Assembly (NCBI GenBank): GCA_012730015.1
Contig: JAAYBT010000089.1
Coordinates: forward strand, 1-49,259
Reading direction: 5' to 3'
From: Clostridiaceae bacterium
GTDB taxonomy: Bacteria > Bacillota > Clostridia > Acetivibrionales > DTU013
DNA: 49,259 nt
The position numbers and the translations under genes are program-made. Position 1 is the first letter of the stretch, and each line of letters begins with the position of its first letter. Under the pieces are notes generated by a model that made no database searches, was not told the DNA's origin, and saw only the letters and a list, made by a program, of their open reading frames with translations. Shown here in pieces: positions 8,001-15,792 of this stretch.

Positions 8001-8466
8001 CTCAACGGTGGGCAGTGCAGAAAAAATATCCGCTAATAAGGATCTGTACGATTCCATCCTAACCTTTGGGCAGGATCAGGCAGATGAAACCCTCACAAGG
8101 GCACAATTGTTTGAATTACTACTGCAAGGTGTTCCAAATCCGGTTGAGATAGCAAAGCAGCAAGGGCTGTTGCAGGGTGACGGAAAAGGTAACTATTTCA
8201 AAGAAGATAAGCTTACAATGGAGCAGCTTGCAATAATCTTGAACAGATTAGCCCTGATGAACGGCGCACAGCTCGGCGGAGACGAGGTTGTCATAAGCGA
8301 TATGGACTCTGTCAGCTCCTGGGCTAAGGAAAGTGTTCAGGCGCTTGTATACTCAGGCGTCGCCAAGCTTGACGAAAACGGCAATTTCAATCCCAAGGCA
8401 GAGGTGACCGCTTCCACCGCACAAACGCTTGCAATGGACTTGATAAACAAATTGTCAGGCAATTAA
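5053..8466 (+). CDS. Secreted M16-family (insulinase/PreP-like, M16C) zinc peptidase with C-terminal SLH-like repeats
   Basis: 1137 aa. Signal peptide MKRFLSFTLTIVMVLSLCLSGIPVSA|AQ. Inverted zinc motif HxxEH ('NHILEHITVSGSKKYP'). The C-terminal 150 aa carry SLH-like units ('GLLQGDGKGNYFKEDKLTMEQLAIILNRL', 'SDMDSVSSWAKESVQALVYSGVAKLDENGNFNPKAEVTASTAQTLA'). Confidence 0.8.
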   Translation: MKRFLSFTLTIVMVLSLCLSGIPVSAAQIELKPLPQVGEVISGFKTTEIKDMELIQSKAVLFEHVKTGAELLYIQSKDIDRSFEVTFRTPAVDNTGVNHILEHITVSGSKKYPLKDLLFTVANQTYSTFINAFTSATMTSYPVSSMSEEQLLKLTDAYMDCVYNPSVYDDKNIFLREGWRYEMADAGAPLTINGIVYNEMKGALGNISSAASNNVTGALFPNSVQSNVSGGKPENIKDLTYEQIINTHKTYYHPSNSLMVLYGNLDYTKFLKLINDEYLSKFDKKAIEVDEGIVTPFTQKVEKTCVFPVTAASNTENAAQIDYAFALTNVSDEDLMGIGILASVLNQNTSSLKLAFAEKQLGGRLAVSVNDSKIQPIITFSAQNTDPSKAKEFKALVDNSIADLIKNGFDKEMVAATISSTLLSSSNITEMSNLGINLGMSISLLWANYDNFDYYTNVLQNIEGISKKVSKGYMEDLTSKYIQKNNHAALVTTVPEAGLTEKQAEQELQYLADLKASMTSQEIDKIVSDTKAYNEWNARQANETDQEIVKKLQVVKVEDLPVEVKKYDIKDVSSNDGVRIMSAQADVGATGLTSLLLDTSAVPAEKLHLLQLYTSLLGKVSTENYTREQLATQAMRYLSGAGFSLSTIPQGDWNEFAPIITTSWLGVMGEYDEQLSVVKEILLNTKFDDAAPVVDLVNQQISNIKNQITNSPLNLLVMRNLALSNNCSNYQNYLSGLDYYNFLTEVEKALKSNPDAVLAQLEAMHELVVNRTNIITMFSGNEDSIAQYEKAIKSLIDALPVKAIVAQDYSALPTPAQREAIVIDTPVQYNMISATYEDMGAEFNGKFFPIASVISENYITPKIRLGYGAYDNLLEFSTTAFMMLSYRDPNIKETFDVYKGLPDFVRNISLTQEELDRYILKAFSSSTTTSGELSGASAAMNDYLMGKTADDQLKILREIKSTTVQDVKDSAAMFEKLLEKGVYSTVGSAEKISANKDLYDSILTFGQDQADETLTRAQLFELLLQGVPNPVEIAKQQGLLQGDGKGNYFKEDKLTMEQLAIILNRLALMNGAQLGGDEVVISDMDSVSSWAKESVQALVYSGVAKLDENGNFNPKAEVTASTAQTLAMDLINKLSGN

Positions 8467-8550
8467 GCTGCAGGGAGAGAAGAGAAAGGTGGCTCTCCTG
8501 ATTGGTAATGGAAACCAGATGTAAGAAGTGATATTAAGTTATAATAAGAA

Positions 8551-8585
8551 AGCGGGATGGTCATAGCTGACTGTCCCGCTTTTTA
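8551..8585. terminator. Bidirectional intrinsic terminator between the convergent M16 and GH39 genes
   Basis: AGCGGGA (8551-8557) pairs with TCCCGCT (8574-8580), with an inner GTCA/TGAC pairing. TTTTT follows at 8581-8585, and the A-rich 'ataataagaa' upstream supplies a U-tract on the minus strand. Confidence 0.7.
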
Positions 8586-8627
8586 TATAACTCTTAGCTA
8601 TTTTACTGCAAAGCCTCACAATGGCTA

Positions 8628-10136
8628 CTAAACCCCTTCACAGAAATGATCCGGATCAAAACCAAGATATGTCTCCGTCTGGTCCTCCACCGGTGTTATC
8701 TCCAGCATACAAAGATGATTACATGGAATGTCCAGTTCAACTTCATAGTATCCATTCTCCTCATGTAGCCTTGCATCTGTCTGAAGCGGCTGAGCGGAAG
8801 CCTGAAGCAGCTTTATTTGCTCCCTGTTCAGGCTGCGCGGTTTACCCATATTGCTCCAGGTTTTCATGGGGTTCGCATGCGAACCACCCACAAGCTTTTT
8901 GACAATCAGAGCCTCTTTCCCGATAGAAGGCAGTGAAAGAGAGTAGCTCTCATCCGGGGACACTATATGATCGAGCATATCATGCCAGTTCCAGCCAATT
9001 ATGACATATCCATCGCCTTTTTTCGTAACAATAAGATGATCGTCACGGTACAGCAGCTCAGTACCTGCATTTGCAAAGAACTCAAAAGCGTAGAATGTGG
9101 GTTTTTTAATGGAATTAAGAGCCAGCAGCCCGAAACCCCCGTAGAAAACCGACTTGGGAATGTCGAATTCTTCAAAAACATCACTGAAGGTCCAATAAGA
9201 ATAGGAATCGGCATATTCGCCAGCTTCACTGAGAATACGAGCAATATATGCAGCATGAAAATCCGTATCGTGGTAAGGACACACTGGCACATAAGAGCTG
9301 TTGAACTCCGTTATGTGGAGCGGCATATCCGCAATCCGGGGATAGTCTGCCATAATACCGCGTGTCTCTTTCAGTTCCTCTATCATTTTCGTCGGTTCAT
9401 TCAATGTGTGGTAAATGTAATGTCCGCGCATTGTCGGTTGGTTTGCGGTATAGCAATGACGGGTGATAAAATCCAAGGGTAAATTGTTATTTATGCAGTG
9501 CTCAAAGAAGGATCTCAGCCATTTTTCCGTTTCGATTCCACATATGGCAGGGCCTCCGACTTGAATACGCGGGTCGACCTTTTTGACGGCTTTGGCGGAA
9601 TAATCGTAGAGCATAAAATAGTCATCCATTGTTCCCGCCCAGAAGCCTATATTAGGTTCGTTCCACACCTCAACCGGCCAGGTAGTTACTTCTTCCCTGC
9701 CGTATCTGTCAATTAGATGATTTAGTGTAACCTCCACAAGCTCCGCCCATTTTTCGTATGATTTAGGAGGCGTCACATTACCCTTCCAGTAAAAGATAGT
9801 CTGTTCGCCGGACTTTAGCTTCTCCGGCATGAAACCAAGCTCCAGGAAAGGCCTGATGCCATTTTCAAGATAGCTGTCCATGATGCGATCCAGGTATGTG
9901 AAGTTGTAGAAGGAATGAGTTTTCCCATCCATCTCAATTTCACGGTAGATTCCGATATCATCACAAAATAGTCCGTGACCTCGAATGTAGCGAAAATGTA
10001 TCGCTTCCTGGACCACCTTCAAATGGTCTGTGTATTCCTTTTGCAGTGCCAATCCCATCCGTCCTGTGCCTACACAATAGGTTGCATTGTTCTTGAAGAG
10101 CTTACCACTAGACGGTACATTAACCTTTTTCCCCAT
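8628..10136 (-). CDS. xynB: GH39 beta-xylosidase
   Basis: 'YCVGTGRMGLALQKEYTDHLKVVQEAIHFRYIRGHGLFCDDIGIY' closely resembles my recollection of Thermoanaerobacterium XynB. Acid/base motif 'VWNEPN' and nucleophile motif 'ITEFN'. I prefer ATG 10136 because AGGAGA lies 8 nt upstream; the track start at 10154 has no SD. Confidence 0.85.
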   Translation of the reverse strand: MGKKVNVPSSGKLFKNNATYCVGTGRMGLALQKEYTDHLKVVQEAIHFRYIRGHGLFCDDIGIYREIEMDGKTHSFYNFTYLDRIMDSYLENGIRPFLELGFMPEKLKSGEQTIFYWKGNVTPPKSYEKWAELVEVTLNHLIDRYGREEVTTWPVEVWNEPNIGFWAGTMDDYFMLYDYSAKAVKKVDPRIQVGGPAICGIETEKWLRSFFEHCINNNLPLDFITRHCYTANQPTMRGHYIYHTLNEPTKMIEELKETRGIMADYPRIADMPLHITEFNSSYVPVCPYHDTDFHAAYIARILSEAGEYADSYSYWTFSDVFEEFDIPKSVFYGGFGLLALNSIKKPTFYAFEFFANAGTELLYRDDHLIVTKKGDGYVIIGWNWHDMLDHIVSPDESYSLSLPSIGKEALIVKKLVGGSHANPMKTWSNMGKPRSLNREQIKLLQASAQPLQTDARLHEENGYYEVELDIPCNHLCMLEITPVEDQTETYLGFDPDHFCEGV

Positions 10137-10172
10137 AGCAAAATCTCCTGTCATATTTAACTAAATATTGTA

Positions 10173-10207
10173 GGAGAAAACAGGAATTAAAAATAGCCTG
10201 TTCCTCC
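10173..10207 (-). terminator. Weak terminator or attenuator hairpin after the WD40-OmpA gene
   Basis: On the minus strand GGAGGAACAGG ... CCTGTTTTCTCC: the arms are 10197-10207 and 10173-10184 with one bulge, and the 3' arm itself is U-rich. Confidence 0.4.
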
Positions 10208-10214
10208 GGATCTT

Positions 10215-11723
10215 CTATTCTCCAGCCGGTTGATTGTCCGCCAGATTTACCACCTTCGCAGTTGCGCTCTCAACCTCTATCCCGATTCGGCGGTTAATCG
10301 CTGCGGCATCCTTTATGTATGCTCCGTTGGCATCTGTATCTGGAATAATCAATTCGCTTTCACCACGCCCATCAGCAGAAAAAGTCCAGTCGACAGCACC
10401 GTTTTTATTTGCCCAATTCTCAAACCAGCTTCTCACTGCCTCGGCCCTTTCCTTTGACAGCCTCAGGTTCTCTTCGGCTGTTCCGCTGCTGTCCGTATGA
10501 CCGACAAATTTGATTGAACACTTGCTGTAATTAAAGGTTAACTTCTTTGCAAAGGCCTCAAGCCTAAGAGCAGCTTCGCCCTTTAGCTGTGAGCTGCCTA
10601 AGCCGAACATCGCATCGCTGGGCAGTGAATTTGGCATGCGCATTTCCGATACCGCCTCGAAGGGTTCTGCTCCCGGGAGCCTCCACAAATCAAGCCTGCC
10701 ATCCTTTCTCGCAACAGCAAGATGTCTGCTGTCGGGAGTAAAGGCAAGCTCCACGATTGTGTCTGTATCATCGTCACTAAATGTCTGATCCAATGTGTAT
10801 AGCAAAGTATGTGTTGAAACATCCCAAATTGTTACAGCCTTTAACGATGCAACCGCAAGTAGGCTACTGTCAGGAGAAAAGTCCATATCCCTATAACCAT
10901 CAGGAATTGAAAGATCTGCCAGCGGCGAAGCTGCACCAGACATCCACAGACGCACCAGATGCTTGTACTCTTCCTTTATTGCTGCGGCCATTATTTTCCC
11001 ATCAGGTGAGAATTGAAAAGGGTCCTTTATTCCCCCTAAATAATTATTTAGCGTGATTGAGTGAACTACCTCTTTTGATTCAATATCCCAAATGGTAACT
11101 GTACCTTTATCTGTCCACTGGGAAGCAGCGAGTAATTTGCCTGACTGATCGTATGTCAGCGAAGTAATCCAATCAGTACTGGGCATTTTCAGGGCAGCTA
11201 GCTGCTCGCCGCTTTTGATATCCCAAAGTCTCACTTTTCCGTCACTGTTTCCCGTAGCCATTTGTCCGCCGGACGAAAAGGCTACCCGACTACTGCTAAA
11301 GCCATTGTGTAATTCACGCAGCTTGTTTCCATTGGCAGTATCAGTCAACCATATACCATCCATATCGAAACCAACGCCGAGAAGCGCCCCGTCGGGTGAG
11401 AAAGCAAGATCATCAGTCATGTTTTGATAAACATATACTTCGTCGAGTAGTCCATCTGCAATCCTGTGACAATAAACAGTGCGGTTTTCACCTATGGCCA
11501 CATTTCCATCCGCAGATATGGCCAGACTGATAAGTTCATTCTCGTGCTTCACAGTCCATAGCTGCTCCGGGTTCTCTACAACGGCCTGCTCCGTCACGTC
11601 ATCAGATGGCTTGTCCGGTATATTGTCCTCCTTGTCGGCACAGGCAGAGGCTAAAATCAACATGATAACCAATAGTGACAAAATGAGATAATGCTTAAAA
11701 GTTCTTCTTTGGAAATGTTTCAT
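10215..11723 (-). CDS. Lipoprotein with a WD40 beta-propeller and a C-terminal OmpA/MotB-like peptidoglycan-binding domain
   Basis: 502 aa. Signal and lipobox-like 'LVIMLILASAC'. WD repeats end in 'VRLWDIKSGE', 'VTIWDIESKE', 'VRLWMSG', 'VTIWDVSTHT' and 'LDLWRLPG'. C-terminal OmpA_C motif 'FVGHTDSSGTAEENLRLSKERAEAVRSWF'. Confidence 0.8.
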   Translation of the reverse strand: MKHFQRRTFKHYLILSLLVIMLILASACADKEDNIPDKPSDDVTEQAVVENPEQLWTVKHENELISLAISADGNVAIGENRTVYCHRIADGLLDEVYVYQNMTDDLAFSPDGALLGVGFDMDGIWLTDTANGNKLRELHNGFSSSRVAFSSGGQMATGNSDGKVRLWDIKSGEQLAALKMPSTDWITSLTYDQSGKLLAASQWTDKGTVTIWDIESKEVVHSITLNNYLGGIKDPFQFSPDGKIMAAAIKEEYKHLVRLWMSGAASPLADLSIPDGYRDMDFSPDSSLLAVASLKAVTIWDVSTHTLLYTLDQTFSDDDTDTIVELAFTPDSRHLAVARKDGRLDLWRLPGAEPFEAVSEMRMPNSLPSDAMFGLGSSQLKGEAALRLEAFAKKLTFNYSKCSIKFVGHTDSSGTAEENLRLSKERAEAVRSWFENWANKNGAVDWTFSADGRGESELIIPDTDANGAYIKDAAAINRRIGIEVESATAKVVNLADNQPAGE

Positions 11724-11803
11724 ATGTTCCTCACAAATAATCTAGATATTATCTCATAATATTATCATTCATAATCCTTTCGGTCAATTCCACAAAACAA
11801 TCA

Positions 11804-13807
11804 TTAACCTTTCATTTCCTCAATCCATTCGGTATGCTTCCCATCTCTTAAGAAGACCGGGATTATGTCGATTGGCGCTTCAGCCCAAACCCTTTGTCCG
11901 CCTTTATAGACTTGGCCGCTCCAAAGGCTGGTCCATTCGGAGCCTCCCGGCAGGTACACCTCCCTTGAAGTCATGTTTTCATATGCCACCGGCGCAATCA
12001 ACAGGTCGCCTCCAAACATGTATTGATCCTTCAAAGTCCAGCATACTTCATCGTCCGGGAACTCATAGAACATGGTCCTCATTACCGGAGTCCCTTTATC
12101 ATGTGCCTGCCGCATCAATTCACGGGTATAGGGGCGCATCATCTCCCTTAGCTTCATGTGCTTGGAGAGAATATCATAAGCTTTTTCGCCGAAGCTCCAA
12201 ACCTCATTGTCACTGCCGGTAAACAATGCGGGGCTCCCGTCCTCTCTTTGCAGATGGACGGCTGGCTGTCTGTCACCGTGCAGGCGCATGACAGGGCTGA
12301 AGGTCCCGTACTGGAACCATCTAATCAGCAGCTGCCTGAAGCTTTTATCCTGCGGATTTCCTCCATGGAAGCCACCAATATCAGTTGTCCACCAGGGTAT
12401 CCCGCAAAGACCCATGTGAAGCCCTGCACAAATCTGCTTCCTGAAGTCCTCATAAGAGCTGTGGATGTCACCGGACCAGACAAGTGCGCCATAGCGCTGA
12501 CTTCCAAGCCATGCACAGCGTACGAGATTTACGATATCCTGCTGACCCTGCTCAGTCATTCCTTCATAAAAAGCTCTGGAAAACATTTGAGGGTAAATAT
12601 TTCCTATCTGGGCGTTAGGGCCAGCAAAATATCGATAATTATCAAAGTCGTAAACATTATATTCCGGCTCTGCTTCATCAAGCCAAAAGATCTTTATGCC
12701 ATAGTCATAGTAATTCTTTTTGCATTTCTCCCACACATATTTTCGAGCTGCCGGATTTGTTGCATCAAAGAAGTTGCTGTAGCCTCCGAACAGCATGCTT
12801 ATATTGACGCCCATTTCAGGCTTGACCAGCAGGTTCTTCTGCCTCATTTCCTGGTAATTTTCGCTTTGCAGGTCAATCTGAGGCCATACGGATACCATCA
12901 GCTCTATTCCCATTTCCTTTAATTCATCTACCATAGCTTTGGGATCCGGAAAGAATTCTTCATCGAACTTGAAATCGCCCATTTTGGGCCAGTGGAAAAA
13001 GTCACAGACGATAACATCGATGGGCAGCTTCCTTCGCTTATACTCTCTTGCGACCTCCAGCAGCTGTTCCTGGTTGTAATACCTCAGCTTGCACTGCCAG
13101 AAGCCAAGCCCGTATTCAGGCATCATCGGAACCTTGCCTGTCACATCGGCAAAGGCCTCCACTATTTCTGCCGGCGTATCCCCCGCCGTTATCCAGTAAT
13201 CCAATTGCTTGGTGCTTTGCGCATACCATTCTGTTCTGTTCTTGTTGAAGCTTGCCCTCCCGATTGCGGGATTGTGCCACAAAAATCCATATCCCAGGCT
13301 GGATAGCAGGAAAGGAATGCTTGCCTGCGAATTCCTGTGGGCCAGCTCGAAAGTACAGTTCTTAATGTCCAATATTTCCTGCTGATATTGACCCATTCCA
13401 AAAAGCTTTTCCCTTTCATCGGATTCGAAGGAAGCCGTTAGGGAGAAATCTCCACCGATAATCGGTTTGAAATTACGAGCCGACAGGTTGAGTGCCCCCT
13501 GGTTGCCAAGCTCACGCAGGAGGAGGCTTCCATTCTGATTGTAGTAGCTGATCCGACAGTTCTGTGTCCACTCTATTTTCTCCAGTACAGCCTTTATCTT
13601 TCCATTTGTGATTGAGGCGGTGTGCTCTTGGATTTCAATAATTGCACCACATTTTTCAGCCGGCAAAAGAGCATAATCCGTGTCAAGTATTTCCCCCATC
13701 ATGACCGATCGGACTCGGAAGCTGTTTTTGTTCCATGGCTCAATCACAAGCTTTTCTCCATTGAAATTCCAAATGAGTTTATTTGCTTCCTTAATAAATA
13801 TACCCAT
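11804..13807 (-). CDS. GH31 alpha-xylosidase / alpha-glucosidase (cytoplasmic)
   Basis: 667 aa. GH31-type nucleophile region 'GIKIFWLDEAEPE' and 'WSGDIHSSYEDF'. No signal peptide. SD AAGGGGGG. Confidence 0.8.
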   Translation of the reverse strand: MGIFIKEANKLIWNFNGEKLVIEPWNKNSFRVRSVMMGEILDTDYALLPAEKCGAIIEIQEHTASITNGKIKAVLEKIEWTQNCRISYYNQNGSLLLRELGNQGALNLSARNFKPIIGGDFSLTASFESDEREKLFGMGQYQQEILDIKNCTFELAHRNSQASIPFLLSSLGYGFLWHNPAIGRASFNKNRTEWYAQSTKQLDYWITAGDTPAEIVEAFADVTGKVPMMPEYGLGFWQCKLRYYNQEQLLEVAREYKRRKLPIDVIVCDFFHWPKMGDFKFDEEFFPDPKAMVDELKEMGIELMVSVWPQIDLQSENYQEMRQKNLLVKPEMGVNISMLFGGYSNFFDATNPAARKYVWEKCKKNYYDYGIKIFWLDEAEPEYNVYDFDNYRYFAGPNAQIGNIYPQMFSRAFYEGMTEQGQQDIVNLVRCAWLGSQRYGALVWSGDIHSSYEDFRKQICAGLHMGLCGIPWWTTDIGGFHGGNPQDKSFRQLLIRWFQYGTFSPVMRLHGDRQPAVHLQREDGSPALFTGSDNEVWSFGEKAYDILSKHMKLREMMRPYTRELMRQAHDKGTPVMRTMFYEFPDDEVCWTLKDQYMFGGDLLIAPVAYENMTSREVYLPGGSEWTSLWSGQVYKGGQRVWAEAPIDIIPVFLRDGKHTEWIEEMKG

Positions 13808-13842
13808 GCTTCAACCCCCCTTAATGTATTTAATAAACTGTT

Positions 13843-15642
13843 TCAAGGTTTCTTTTCAGACCGGTTCATCAAAGGGAAATATACCGTGTACTTCTCGTCG
13901 ACCACTTCGTTGAGCGGAATGAAGCGTATTTTAGGATTCTGCCCGAAGGTCCTGTACTCGGTAATCCAATTGTTCCATTCTCTTTCGCGGAATGCTGCCA
14001 GGCAAGACTCAGGCTTCCCGCTGTCTATTTCAAGGGCGTGCTCTTCATCGGTAAGGCCTGCCAAGACGACGGGTCCGTCCGTGAATGCCGCATAATCCTC
14101 TTTGCCCGGAATAGGGCAGCATGTCAGCTTCTTTGGAAATTCCAGCACTATTTCATCATCGTGCCAGGTCCGGTCTATAGTGGAATAGCTTGATGGCTTG
14201 CTTTCTGATTCAAGTCTTTTGCCATTTATGGCAATAGCTACCTTTCCTTTAACCCACCAAGGGATTCTAAGATTAAGGATAAAGCGCGAAGGAGTATCGC
14301 ACTTCACGTCTATTTTAACCTTTACGGCGTCCGGCTTACGAACCGCCTCCGATTGATTGTCATATTGGGTCCTAACCTTTACCTCCGAGGAACCGCATTT
14401 CCAATCAAGCTCCGAAGGAATATACTGCTGCACATACAAGCTGTCATTACCCTCGTAATAAATGCCTGTCTGGAGGTATGGATGGGCCTGTACGAGAGTA
14501 CCATGGCAGCACCAGAAATCTTCCGTTTCCGATCCCCATTTTTTTACCGAGCCCGGAGCCAGAGGCAGGAAATAAGTAATCAATCCGGTATTTTTATTCT
14601 GCTGTGCCAGGATTCCATTCACCATATTCCTTTCCCAGTAATCACCGAATGCCGGATCGCCAGTCCAGCTGTAGAGGTAGTCCGAAAGCCTCATCATATT
14701 GTAAACAGTGCAGTGCTCCTGATTTTTCTCACCGAGTCTTGCAAAGAAATCAAATGGGGGCGTCCATATCTCACCGTGCGTCTGGCCTCCGGTACAGTAA
14801 TATCCTCTGTCCTCAACAGCCATCTTCCAGTATGCCTCGACTATTCTTTTCCATCTGTCATCCCCGGTTACCTCCCAGGCTCTGGCCGCTCCGTGGATTT
14901 CAGGAATTGTGGTGTTGGCATGCATATTAGTTAGGGCATCCTCCCCCTTGAGAAGACGGTCAAAAAGACGCGGCCTGTCATATTTGTACAACAGGTCAAG
15001 ATGCTCCTGCCTTCCGGTTTCACCGTAAAGATTAGCCCAAACCTCGAGCATACCCCCTGTTTCAAAATCCAGTATATCGTCCATCTGAACCCTGTCGAAG
15101 CCGGATGTCCATTTATCAAACCACTTGGCGAAATTGCAGAGAATCTCGAATGCCTGGATGTTACCAGTATTCTTATACATATCCCACAAGCCCATAAGGG
15201 TTTTATGTAACGTGTACTGCGGTGCCCAGACCTCCTTGCCCCTTGCGACAAAGTCCAAATACTTCTCCGGTATGGAGCCGACCCACTCTCCTCCATTTTC
15301 CTTCTGGCATTTTTCGAGCTCTGAGACAATATAGTCTGCTTTGCCTTTTATTTCGGCGTCATTGTTAAGTGCCGCCATCAAAGACGCTGCTGAAAGCCAA
15401 TGCCCAAGAAAATGCCCACGCAGCTGACATGCAGGATGTTCCCAGCCTTTGTGGCAGTCATCCAGCTGTGGAGAATAGGTTACATTGACACCGGCTTCCC
15501 AGTAATGATTCTGAAGAAGCTTGGCCGAATCAAGGCTCATCATATATTTTCTGTTCAAATCGTACCTTCTGTTTATCTCTCCCGGCAGCAGCCTCACACT
15601 GCCCGGACTTACAGGCTTCACCGCATAAATGCTCCTATCCAT
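13843..15642 (-). CDS. GH127-family (DUF1680) beta-L-arabinofuranosidase-like protein
   Basis: 'GHFLGHWLSAAS' is present. An E-x-C ('QEHC') and, 69 residues later, 'WCCHG' match my recollection of the Glu/Cys/Cys-Cys zinc and catalytic centre of Bifidobacterium HypBA1. I prefer ATG 15642 (GGAGGG 7 nt upstream); the track start at 15657 is a GTG inside that SD. Confidence 0.75.
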   Translation of the reverse strand: MDRSIYAVKPVSPGSVRLLPGEINRRYDLNRKYMMSLDSAKLLQNHYWEAGVNVTYSPQLDDCHKGWEHPACQLRGHFLGHWLSAASLMAALNNDAEIKGKADYIVSELEKCQKENGGEWVGSIPEKYLDFVARGKEVWAPQYTLHKTLMGLWDMYKNTGNIQAFEILCNFAKWFDKWTSGFDRVQMDDILDFETGGMLEVWANLYGETGRQEHLDLLYKYDRPRLFDRLLKGEDALTNMHANTTIPEIHGAARAWEVTGDDRWKRIVEAYWKMAVEDRGYYCTGGQTHGEIWTPPFDFFARLGEKNQEHCTVYNMMRLSDYLYSWTGDPAFGDYWERNMVNGILAQQNKNTGLITYFLPLAPGSVKKWGSETEDFWCCHGTLVQAHPYLQTGIYYEGNDSLYVQQYIPSELDWKCGSSEVKVRTQYDNQSEAVRKPDAVKVKIDVKCDTPSRFILNLRIPWWVKGKVAIAINGKRLESESKPSSYSTIDRTWHDDEIVLEFPKKLTCCPIPGKEDYAAFTDGPVVLAGLTDEEHALEIDSGKPESCLAAFREREWNNWITEYRTFGQNPKIRFIPLNEVVDEKYTVYFPLMNRSEKKP

Positions 15643-15792
15643 GTTGTTTCCCTCCACAATTTATATTGCTTTTATTTTATATTATTTATCCCCAAAACAT
15701 ATTTCGTTACGGGCCATACTTTCTCCTCCTTGCTTATATCAAATGAATATTCTCCGATGTATTACTGCAGTGGTCTCCTTCCTTGAATCTTT

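Noticed and set aside
2591-11723. The idea that the MotA/TolQ-like pair and the propeller-OmpA lipoprotein form a Tol-Pal-like system
   Set aside because: The genes are 7 kb apart, on opposite strands and in different operons. No TolR/TolA-like protein is present. The resemblance is only at the level of domain classes.
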